Below are positions 8,968 to 16,464 of a stretch of DNA of 32,000 nucleotides, one piece after another. The notes under the pieces are model-generated. The model searched no databases. It was not told the DNA's origin and saw only the letters and a program-made list of their open reading frames with translations. Within the stretch, counting starts at the first letter, position 1; every line of letters begins with the position of its first letter. The position numbers and the translations under genes are program-made. Origin of the DNA: an uncultured Chloroflexia bacterium. GTDB lineage: Bacteria; Chloroflexota; Ktedonobacteria; Ktedonobacterales; JADMIN01. The stretch lies in assembly GCA_963718915.1 (NCBI GenBank), contig CAVRAI010000004.1:600001-632000 (forward strand). Direction: 5' to 3'.

Positions 8968-9279
8968 ATGGCAATCGTCGAGGTTGGTCCGGAGAGCGAT
9001 ATTCAGCCGGGTCAGTCGGCGTGCGTCGTAGTTGGCGATATACCCATCGCGATCTTCAATGTGCATGGCGAGTATTACGCCATTGGCGATACCTGCACTC
9101 ATGAGGAATTTTCGCTCTCGGAGGGCGAGGTCTTCGATGATGCGACCGTTGAATGTGCGCTCCATGGCGCGCGATTCGATCTGCGCACTGGCGAGGCGCT
9201 CTCCCTGCCGGCCACTGGGTCGGCGGGAAGCTACGAGGTCTGGGTGGAAGACGGCGTCATCAAGTTGGACGTGCCGTAG
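8968..9279 (+). CDS. Small Rieske [2Fe-2S] ferredoxin
   Basis: CTHEEFSLSEG ... CALHGARFDLRTGE gives the CxH / CxxH Rieske ligands. ATG 8968 has AGGAGAGG 6 nt upstream. Confidence 0.85.
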   Translation: MAIVEVGPESDIQPGQSACVVVGDIPIAIFNVHGEYYAIGDTCTHEEFSLSEGEVFDDATVECALHGARFDLRTGEALSLPATGSAGSYEVWVEDGVIKLDVP

Positions 9280-9316
9280 AGGCATGCAAAGCGAGATGCC
9301 ATCTCGTATAAGAACA

Positions 9317-9352
9317 AGCAGGCGCATCTGGAGCGTTCCAGGCGCGCCTGCT
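9317..9352. terminator. Strong bidirectional hairpin between convergent genes
   Basis: AGCAGGCGC-at-CTGGA-gcgt-TCCAG-gc-GCGCCTGCT: 14 bp in two helices. T-rich flank on the minus-strand side (TGTTCTTATA). Confidence 0.55.
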
Positions 9353-9382
9353 GTGTATCACCCACCGCATGCTGGTTCTGCG

Positions 9383-10384
9383 CTATGCGGGTACAAAGAC
9401 CGTCTCAGCCTGGAGATTCTCGGCTCCAACCGTTGCGCTGGCTGTCACAAAGATCGGCGTTCCCCTGCTTCCGCCGAAATTCACGGTGAAGGTAGCCAAC
9501 CCATAGCCGTCGGTATTGGTTGGCCCCAACTGGACGACCGAGCCGCCAGGCATCTGCACCGAAAGTGTCACCGGAACCTGCGGGATTGGCGCGACATCCT
9601 CGGACAAACGCACAAAGACCTTGACCGATCCCCCACCAGGCGCATTATTCGACATCCACGCGCCGATCTGATATTTGGGCGCTTCCGGCGTCGGCGCGAT
9701 ACTCTCTGATCCAGGTTGAACCACTACTCCGTTGCTATAGCTGCTGACGGTCGGAACAGGGGCGGGGATAGTCAGATGATCCGTTGCACGATGCAGATAT
9801 GATGCTGCCACGGCCGCACCAGACGCAGCCACTGCCAGCATCAACGCGAGTGCGAGCAGTGCCAGCGCGGTCTTGCGAAACTGCTTCCACCTATCGTGGT
9901 TACGCTCATGTAGCGCGAACGCGTCGTCTCGTGTGAATCCCTGGCCCGAGATGCTATCTGGTATGTTGAGATCCGGATCGACGTCATACGCGAAGTCCGA
10001 CTCATCGTCTTCCAGATGACTTTCTTCGTCATCTGGCCAGCGGTAATCAGGCTCAACGAAGTCGCGCTCTTCGCTACGCAGAAATGGTTGTGTGATAGGC
10101 TGCGCGCTCAACACAGGTACAATGACTGGCTGGTCATCTGGTTGTGCAAATAGCGCATCTGTACCTTGCGGCTCAACTTCTGATGGATACATGATCGTTC
10201 GCATGTGATACGCGTCTGACGAAGCAGTAGCGCTTGCGGCGAACAGGGCTGACTGGTAGGCGAAGGTCGTCTCGGCCAGATGCTCTGCACGTCGGGTAGT
10301 TGATGCCGCATCGGAAGGCGGTGTGCTCTGGCGTCTCTCTGTATGTGGAATGTGCTCATCGCGTCGTGGATTCTCGCTCTCCAT
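9383..10384 (-). CDS. Hypothetical bitopic membrane protein (acidic disordered N-terminus, one TM, C-terminal Ig-like beta domain)
   Basis: Single TM ALALLALALMLAVAASGAAVAA. The C-terminal KVFVRLS...VPVTLSVQMPGG...ATFTVNFGG...IFVTASA has a beta-sandwich pattern. Start set to ATG 10384 (GGAGG 4 nt upstream). No family recognised. Confidence 0.6.
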   Translation of the reverse strand: MESENPRRDEHIPHTERRQSTPPSDAASTTRRAEHLAETTFAYQSALFAASATASSDAYHMRTIMYPSEVEPQGTDALFAQPDDQPVIVPVLSAQPITQPFLRSEERDFVEPDYRWPDDEESHLEDDESDFAYDVDPDLNIPDSISGQGFTRDDAFALHERNHDRWKQFRKTALALLALALMLAVAASGAAVAASYLHRATDHLTIPAPVPTVSSYSNGVVVQPGSESIAPTPEAPKYQIGAWMSNNAPGGGSVKVFVRLSEDVAPIPQVPVTLSVQMPGGSVVQLGPTNTDGYGLATFTVNFGGSRGTPIFVTASATVGAENLQAETVFVPA

Positions 10385-10568
10385 GCTTCCTCCAGAGCAA
10401 ATATCCGGCAGCGGCGCATGACGACTGCTCGCTATCGTGGCGAATGGGCGCAAAAATGAGCATTAGTCAGAGGTGTCGCCGGGTATCATGCAATGAAATC
10501 TATCAGAGAATTACCAGCCAGGCAATACCCGCCTGCCACTCCGAATGCTCATGAACTATGACGAGTGA

Positions 10569-11531
10569 CTACTCATCACGGATACGACGGAGCCATTGTT
10601 CGGCGCCTTCGATTGCCTGTTCTCCAGTTGGCAACTCACCTTCCCTTGGGATTTTATGAATCCCTGAGGCATCAAATGGTATCACTGGTTCGTCGGGCTG
10701 CTCAAGCGGGGCGCCTCGCGCTTCGAGATCGTGGACGTATGCCGACGCTGTGGGATCCTCCGCGACAAGCGATGAGACCCGTTGGGTAAATCGCTGTGCC
10801 GCGCGCGACAATTCCTTGAGTTGAAGCTGGAATCCTTGCAAAAGATCAAGCTTGCGAAGAAGCGCCTCGGAGACGGGAAGATTCGGAGTGGCCGAGACAT
10901 AGTGCGGCGCGGTTCCCCAGAGGCTGATCGTAGGTATCGCCTGAGTTCGCGCCATATCCTGCAGTACAGCGACTATCCCTGATGGACCAGAATATCTGGT
11001 ACGCTCAATGCCACATTGCTCCATACGTTTGAGATAGTCTTCGGTGGTGGCGGCGCCAGCAATCTGCACTGGCGCGGTATGCGGCACCTCCGCAACTAGC
11101 GCGCCAAGGATGACAATATCCTCGACGTGGCACAGGCGGGCGACATCGAGCACCTCACGCGCGAACGTGCGCCAGCGCAGGTGTGGCTCATCGCCGAGCA
11201 GGAGAATTACATCCCCAGCGGATTGATTGGTCTCATTCGTCTCAGACGAATCTGCCTCGGTCTGAACCTTCGTCTGTGCGATATAAAAGCGGTTTGCGGG
11301 CCACGAGACGCGACGTAGCATCCCACGATTGACGCGAATGGTTGGGCGTGTCTCGGTGAAATCGAAGAACTCCTCGCCATCGATTTCGGCAAACGAATTG
11401 GCGTCCCATTGGTTGACAAGGAACTTAATTGCCCAGGTGGCTGCGTTAGCCGCGTCATTCCACCCATTGAAGGCAGCGATGAGTGTCGCGCGTTCGGTGG
11501 CTGGAAGTTCCGAGACTCGCACATGCTCCAT
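10569..11531 (-). CDS. PAC2 (proteasome assembly chaperone 2-like) family protein
   Basis: LIAAFNGWNDAANAATWAIKFL...FAEIDGEEFFDFTETRPTI matches the N-terminal signature of bacterial PAC2-family proteins as I recall them. AGGAGG sits 8 nt before ATG 11531; ATG 11537 is only 2 nt from the SD. Confidence 0.78.
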   Translation of the reverse strand: MEHVRVSELPATERATLIAAFNGWNDAANAATWAIKFLVNQWDANSFAEIDGEEFFDFTETRPTIRVNRGMLRRVSWPANRFYIAQTKVQTEADSSETNETNQSAGDVILLLGDEPHLRWRTFAREVLDVARLCHVEDIVILGALVAEVPHTAPVQIAGAATTEDYLKRMEQCGIERTRYSGPSGIVAVLQDMARTQAIPTISLWGTAPHYVSATPNLPVSEALLRKLDLLQGFQLQLKELSRAAQRFTQRVSSLVAEDPTASAYVHDLEARGAPLEQPDEPVIPFDASGIHKIPREGELPTGEQAIEGAEQWLRRIRDE

Positions 11532-11609
11532 CGTCATCGCCTCCTGTGTTCATTTGGAGCGCGCGTTCCCCCGGTAAGACAACCATTGGAAGAACAAGCC
11601 CTGGCTCCT

Positions 11610-13649
11610 TTAGGTGCGTTTGGGCGCGTTTGGGGACAGTATACCACCCCGTCGCCACATCAACGCCTTCTCCGCGATTCGTAACCCTCGGATGAGGTCG
11701 GCCCTGTTACTGACAGGTGATTTCCGCGATTTCTCGGTGTTACTTCTGATTTGACTCTCTGATAACCAGGGCTGGTGTCGTTGTGTTTGCCATTGGATAT
11801 GACCATTGGATTGACCATGTGATCTGGCACTGGCGCTGCCATTCGTCTTGCCGTTTGCCTGGCCGTCACGCTTACCCCGGTTATTGCCTGAGTTATTGCC
11901 TGAGTTATTGCCAGTCGTATGCCCAGAACTATGCCCGTTGGTACGTCGCGCGTGTGGCCGCTCAACCAAAAGTCCCGCTGTCTCGGCATCTTCGATGGTA
12001 TAGCGGTAGCCCTGCTCCGTCAGGAAAAGCTGGCGGTTGGCGGAGAACTCCTGATCGCGGGTATCGCGGGTGACGATGGTATAGAAGTGCGCCGGGCGAC
12101 CATCCACTTTGGGACGCAGCAACCGTCCCAACCGCTGCGCCTCCTCCTGACGTGAGCCAAACGTTCCCGATACCTGAATCGCGACGTTAGCGTCTGGCAG
12201 GTCAATGGCGAAGTTGGCGACCTTGCTCACGACCAGCCGCTTGAGCGCACCGTGGCGGAACTGGTCGTACAGCTTCTCGCGCTGGGTATTTGTGGTTCGC
12301 CCGGTGAGCAGCGGCGCATCAAGCATTTCCGCCAGGTATTTGAGCTGATCGAGATATTGTCCGATCACCAGCACCTGGTCTTCCGCATGGCGTCGAATCA
12401 GTTCATCGACGACACGCATCTTGACCGGATTCTCGGCTGCCATGCGATATTTTTCGCGCTCCTCCGAGACTGCGTAGATCAGACGTTCCTCAGGCTCAAG
12501 CGCGACGCGAATCTCATAACATTCAGCCGTCGCGATCCATCCCTGACGCTCGAGTTCGCGCCAGGGCACATCGAAGCGCTTTGGGCCAATCAAGCCAAAG
12601 ACATCCGCCTCGCGCTCATCCTCGCGTACCAGTGTCGCTGTGAGTCCCAGACGGCGGCGCGCCTGAATTTCAGCGGTAATGCGGAAGATCGGCGCGGGTA
12701 AAAGATGCACCTCATCGTAGATAATGAGGCCCCAGTCATGCTCAGTCATCAAACCAAAATGGGGGAAGTCGCCGTCTTCACTTGGACGGTAGGTCAGCAT
12801 CTGATAGGTTGTGACCGTCACTGGCCGAATGTCTTTGCGCTCACCAGTGTATTCGCCAACCTGATCGGCGGTCAGGGTCGTTTTGTCGAGCAGTTCGGTT
12901 ATCCACTGGCGCACCGCAACGGTGCTGGGTGTGAGGATAAGTGTTGACCGCTGCACCGCCGCCATGGCCCCGATGCCGACAACCGTTTTGCCCGCCCCAC
13001 AGGGCAAGACCACCACGCCGCTGCCTCCACTCACGCCGCCGCCCGCATGGAAAGCCGCGACAGCGTCCTCCTGATAGGGACGAAGTTGAAATGGCTCGCC
13101 AGAGCGGGCTGTCTCACGCCTGGCAAACGCCAGACCCTCACCATCGGTATACCCCGCCAGATCCTCCGCGGGGAAGCCAATGGCCACCAGCGCCTGCTTG
13201 ATGTGGCCGCGCCGCGCCGGGTCTACGATGAGCCGGTTTGCGTCGTACTGTTCCACAAGGAAAGGTTGCATCCGTTTTTGGCGCGACACCTCGGTAATGA
13301 GCGCGACATCCTCGGAAATGAGCGCCAGATACTGCCCATCACGTATGAGTTTCAATCGTCCATACCGCCCGATGTAATCACGAATGTCGGTTACGATGTT
13401 CGGCGGCAGGTCGTATTTCGTGAATTGATCGAGTAAGGCCAGCACACGCACGGCATCTAGCCCAGATGCGGCGGCATTCCAGAGCGAGAGCGGCGTGAGC
13501 CGATACGTGTGGATGTGTTCTGGAGATTTCTCCAGTTCCGCAAATTGCGCCAGTGCGTCGCGGGCCTCGGCATAGAGAGGATGGTCCACCTCCAGCAAAA
13601 TTGTGCGGTCGCTCTGCACGATCATTGGATTCGTCGTCTGTATCGGCAC
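11610..13649 (-). CDS. xpb: XPB/ERCC3 (Rad25)-type SF2 DNA helicase with long low-complexity C-terminal tail
   Basis: N-terminal IVQSDRTILLEVDHPLY...PEHIHTYRLTPLSLWNA resembles mycobacterial XPB. Walker A LPCGAGKT, DEVH box, and RED motif (LVREDERE) are present. GTG start at 13649. The last ~119 aa are Asn/Gly/Ser/His/Lys/Arg-rich. Confidence 0.88.
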   Translation of the reverse strand: MPIQTTNPMIVQSDRTILLEVDHPLYAEARDALAQFAELEKSPEHIHTYRLTPLSLWNAAASGLDAVRVLALLDQFTKYDLPPNIVTDIRDYIGRYGRLKLIRDGQYLALISEDVALITEVSRQKRMQPFLVEQYDANRLIVDPARRGHIKQALVAIGFPAEDLAGYTDGEGLAFARRETARSGEPFQLRPYQEDAVAAFHAGGGVSGGSGVVVLPCGAGKTVVGIGAMAAVQRSTLILTPSTVAVRQWITELLDKTTLTADQVGEYTGERKDIRPVTVTTYQMLTYRPSEDGDFPHFGLMTEHDWGLIIYDEVHLLPAPIFRITAEIQARRRLGLTATLVREDEREADVFGLIGPKRFDVPWRELERQGWIATAECYEIRVALEPEERLIYAVSEEREKYRMAAENPVKMRVVDELIRRHAEDQVLVIGQYLDQLKYLAEMLDAPLLTGRTTNTQREKLYDQFRHGALKRLVVSKVANFAIDLPDANVAIQVSGTFGSRQEEAQRLGRLLRPKVDGRPAHFYTIVTRDTRDQEFSANRQLFLTEQGYRYTIEDAETAGLLVERPHARRTNGHSSGHTTGNNSGNNSGNNRGKRDGQANGKTNGSASARSHGQSNGHIQWQTQRHQPWLSESQIRSNTEKSRKSPVSNRADLIRGLRIAEKALMWRRGGILSPNAPKRT
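11638..11646 (-). promoter_or_regulatory. Extended -10 promoter candidate for the PAC2 gene, embedded in the XPB 3' end
   Basis: The minus strand reads TGgTATACT. It lies about 100 nt upstream of ATG 11531. Confidence 0.3.
11881..11912. repeat. 12-bp in-frame tandem repeat (~2.7 copies) encoding GNNSGNNSGNN
   Basis: Plus strand TTATTGCCTGAG TTATTGCCTGAG TTATTGCC, located inside the XPB tail. Confidence 0.9.
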
Positions 13650-13696
13650 GGTGGTTTTCGCCCCACTGCTAGTTACTAGAAGTCATTGGTTCGATG

Positions 13697-14368
13697 TTAG
13701 ACGCCGGGTGTCTCTGCCCAGCGGTGAATGTACTGAACGACAACGCTCGTTGCGACGGCTTCGTATCCGCGCATCAGATGGCGCGCGCCTGATATGACCC
13801 GCAGGTTGCGAGCGCCCGGCAACTCAGCGATCCAGGGTTCGAGCTTATGACGAGGCGACACTTCGTCGTACTCACCAGTGAGAAACAATCGGGGACGGTC
13901 ATAACGCCCCAGTTCAGGAGTCAGTCGGAAGACTGGCGGGCTAATGGCTACTACGGTCTTGACTCGGGGGTCATGGGCCGCATAAGCAAGCGCAACATAT
14001 GCGCCGAACGCATGGCCAATCAGGCAAAGTTTCTCTGGATTGGCGTCGGTCTGTGATCGTGTGGCTTCAATCGCTCCCGCGACATCGAGCGGCTCCAGCC
14101 GACCATCTGTCTGCTCTCCTTCGCTGCCTCCAACGCCGCGAAAGTTGAAGCGTAACACGATCACCCCTGTTGTCGCAAGCGCGACAGCAAGCTGGCTCAG
14201 CAGCGAGTCATCCATCGAACTGCTCGCCGGTTGTGGGTGACACAACACGGCAACCGCATAGCCACTCTCAGGTGGCTGCGTAGCCGGTTGCGCCAGGTTG
14301 CCTTCGAGCATCACCGTGGGTCGCCCCGCAGCGGGGAACCGGATCTGACGCTCGATGAAGTCTGCCAT
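13697..14368 (-). CDS. Alpha/beta-fold hydrolase-like protein (COG2945-like) with Ala at the nucleophile position
   Basis: VAVLCHPQP...VLRFNFRGVGGSEGE...LIGHAFGAYVA...GEYDEV...GARH is the pattern of the short alpha/beta hydrolases. The nucleophile elbow reads G-H-A-F-G. Start set to ATG 14368 (GGAGGA/AAGGA upstream). Confidence 0.72.
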   Translation of the reverse strand: MADFIERQIRFPAAGRPTVMLEGNLAQPATQPPESGYAVAVLCHPQPASSSMDDSLLSQLAVALATTGVIVLRFNFRGVGGSEGEQTDGRLEPLDVAGAIEATRSQTDANPEKLCLIGHAFGAYVALAYAAHDPRVKTVVAISPPVFRLTPELGRYDRPRLFLTGEYDEVSPRHKLEPWIAELPGARNLRVISGARHLMRGYEAVATSVVVQYIHRWAETPGV

Positions 14369-14400
14369 TGATCCTTCTATCCTCCATCCGCGTCGCATGA

Positions 14401-14439
14401 GACGTGCACAACGCTCACGAGCGCGCACGCTCGCACGTC
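14401..14439 (-). other. Stable hairpin in the hydrolase 5' leader
   Basis: GACGTGC (14401-14407) pairs with GCACGTC (14433-14439), with inner GAGCG/CGCTC pairing. It lies 33-70 nt upstream of ATG 14368. Confidence 0.4.
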
Positions 14440-14471
14440 GTGAATCGCATATCGAGAGGCGTATCCTGGTT

Positions 14472-14501
14472 ACTATATCCTGTGTAGGCAGCAGGCGTCA
14501 A
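14472..14501 (-). promoter_or_regulatory. Candidate sigma70-type promoter for the hydrolase gene
   Basis: The minus strand reads TTGACG (14501-14496), 18-nt spacer, TATAGT (14477-14472). Confidence 0.45.
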
Positions 14502-14531
14502 TCAGAGGCTCAGCGTGTTATGGGAACTAAG

Positions 14532-14550
14532 GGTGAGTACCTTGCTCACC
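14532..14550 (-). terminator. Possible terminator hairpin after the small HTH gene
   Basis: GGTGAG-7 nt-CTCACC, followed on the minus strand by CTTAGTTCCC. It starts 44 nt after the stop at 14594. Confidence 0.3.
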
Positions 14551-14593
14551 ATCTGCCATGCGCGCGAAGCGATTTCTACAGGCCCATCATGGG

Positions 14594-14851
14594 CTAAACG
14601 TAGGGGATCCAGGCGGGGTCGTTGTCGCGCATAGGCTCATTCTCGGACTCGTTGTCAGTCCCTTCGGGATGGCGGAGACGGGTCAGGCGCTCGACCTCGT
14701 TGCGGCGGTAGAGGCGCATACGTTTGATTCCCTGACGATAGCTGCGCAGCATGCCCCGGCTTACATAGGCATAGAGCGTCGCCGGTTTGACACCCAACAG
14801 TGCGCATGTCTCCTGCGCCGTCAGAAATTCTTCGCCATCCATCACAATCAT
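14594..14851 (-). CDS. Small excisionase/MerR-like (HTH_17-type) DNA-binding protein with acidic tail
   Basis: FLTAQETCALLGVKPATLYAYVSRGMLRSY...LYRRNEVERL is the typical helix-turn-helix plus wing pattern. AGGAGG sits 5 nt before ATG 14851. Confidence 0.75.
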   Translation of the reverse strand: MIVMDGEEFLTAQETCALLGVKPATLYAYVSRGMLRSYRQGIKRMRLYRRNEVERLTRLRHPEGTDNESENEPMRDNDPAWIPYV

Positions 14852-14921
14852 GTCGGCCTCCTGCTGAGGAAGAAGCTGAGCCTTCCCCTTCGCGCCGCGC
14901 GTGTTGCTTTGTCTGGAGGCC

Positions 14922-14951
14922 AGTATACGGTGGATATTAGCCGCTGGTCAA
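14922..14951 (-). promoter_or_regulatory. Candidate sigma70-type promoter for the HTH gene
   Basis: The minus strand reads TTGACC (14951-14946), 18-nt spacer, TATACT (14927-14922). The -35 lies inside the inverted repeat CTGGTC-aataga-GACCAG. Confidence 0.5.
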
Positions 14952-15036
14952 TAGAGACCAGGCGAGCGCTACCGCTTAGGCGGTATTATGTGTATGCCCG
15001 ATCCGCGGCATACCAGCAGCTATATGAACGGGTTCA

Positions 15037-16464
15037 GTGATGGGAATGCACGATCCAGAGCAAGGCGATGACCTCCAGATAGAGGTTAGCTCACTTCAGC
15101 CGTCATCGGCGACCTCTGAGCCGTCGGCTGAATCGACCGCGGCTAAACCGCTTTTCGCGTCGACACGCTCGCGTCTGGCGCAGCGGCGACGTGGGATCAT
15201 CGTCACAGGCGTGCTGGTGGTGACGCTGGTGGCGCTGACGCTGACAATTGCGCCGACACGCGAAGCGCTGCTTGGCGCGGTGCTCGGCCCGACGCCGACC
15301 GCGACCATGCCTGTGCCTGCTGGTGAGGACAACCTCTATGTCTCGATCAGCCCCCATTGGGGAGCCGTAACGCTGGATGGCAAGCCGCTGACGAATCTCC
15401 CCATAGAGGGTATTGACCAGCCCTTTCATCTGGCGCGTGGCGTTCACAGGATACGCTGGCGATTCCCGCCGATCATTGATATCTCTTGTCGACTGACTGC
15501 GCCAACCGCATCAGGAGACACCTGTCCGCTACGGGTGGGGATCTTGCCCGGCAAAAAGGGGATCGCCAGTGTTGTGACTCTACAATTATCTCTGGCTAAC
15601 CTAGCGCCAGCCTATCGCGTGCCGCTGCTATCCGCGATCAACGCCGCGCTGAATGCCCACCAGTCGAGCGAGACAGTGCGAACGGGCGAAAGCTATGTTG
15701 ATCTCGCTCAATCAGGCACTCCCACTGTGGCAGCTCAGCCATTACGGGCAACGTTGAGCTTTGTCTCGGATGCTGAGAATCCGCGGGCGCAATGCGTGGC
15801 GATCGATTCTGGACCGGGAGCGAACTGCATGATGAATGGTGACTGCCGCGAAATCTGTACCGCACCCTGGCAACCCCCGCCCACTTCTGCTGATAGCTCC
15901 TGGCAGGCGTACGTCGTTGCTCATCCCGAGTGGAGCTATGCGACGCTCGATGGTCGCGCCGTCGCGGACGACCAGCCGGATCTCGGCGGCCAGCTTCAGT
16001 TTCTAGGCTCGGATGAGCATCCTATGCCGATCACGATTGGCTGGGATAGCTCGCAGTGGCAAGCACGCGCGGATTTCGATTCCCCGGTTGCGGGTTCCCC
16101 TTTCGGCGATCCGGCGTGTATGACCGCGCAGGACGAGGTGGGGTATCAAGGGATACTCCCGCCTGAGCTACCTGGTCAGAGTAGTGGGGGCGCCGGAGTG
16201 ATGTGGTTATACGTTCCTGGTGCGCCGCGTGCTATCGGCTGCCTGGCTGCCGCGTTGCCTGAAAGTGCGCAGGGAGCGCCAGATACGAGTGCGCAGGGTA
16301 TGGCTGTGGCAGGCCTCATTCTCCATCGGTTCGGTGTGCCGGTCGCGGTGAACGCGGCAGCACACCAATACTGGCCCGAGCTGCCCATGGCCGACGCCTA
16401 CGAACAAGCGATTGCCCAGCATCTGGCCCAGAAAATACGCGGTGTAGCAGGGGCGGGATCGTAA
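15037..16464 (+). CDS. Hypothetical bitopic membrane protein (disordered N-terminus, one TM, Cys-containing extracytoplasmic domain)
   Basis: TM IIVTGVLVVTLVALTLTIAP. The segment ISPHWGAVTLDGKPLTNLP...FHLARGVHRIRW looks weakly PEGA-like by eye. The exact start among GTG 15037 / ATG 15040 / ATG 15046 is unresolved, and there is no clear SD. Confidence 0.6.
   Translation: MMGMHDPEQGDDLQIEVSSLQPSSATSEPSAESTAAKPLFASTRSRLAQRRRGIIVTGVLVVTLVALTLTIAPTREALLGAVLGPTPTATMPVPAGEDNLYVSISPHWGAVTLDGKPLTNLPIEGIDQPFHLARGVHRIRWRFPPIIDISCRLTAPTASGDTCPLRVGILPGKKGIASVVTLQLSLANLAPAYRVPLLSAINAALNAHQSSETVRTGESYVDLAQSGTPTVAAQPLRATLSFVSDAENPRAQCVAIDSGPGANCMMNGDCREICTAPWQPPPTSADSSWQAYVVAHPEWSYATLDGRAVADDQPDLGGQLQFLGSDEHPMPITIGWDSSQWQARADFDSPVAGSPFGDPACMTAQDEVGYQGILPPELPGQSSGGAGVMWLYVPGAPRAIGCLAAALPESAQGAPDTSAQGMAVAGLILHRFGVPVAVNAAAHQYWPELPMADAYEQAIAQHLAQKIRGVAGAGS

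Noticed and set aside
10456-10552. 9-bp inverted repeat ATGAGCATT ... AATGCTCAT flanking the PAC2 / membrane-protein intergenic region
   Set aside because: The arms are about 80 nt apart with little supporting pairing between them. A single 9-bp match at that distance is weak, and no MITE-like features are present.
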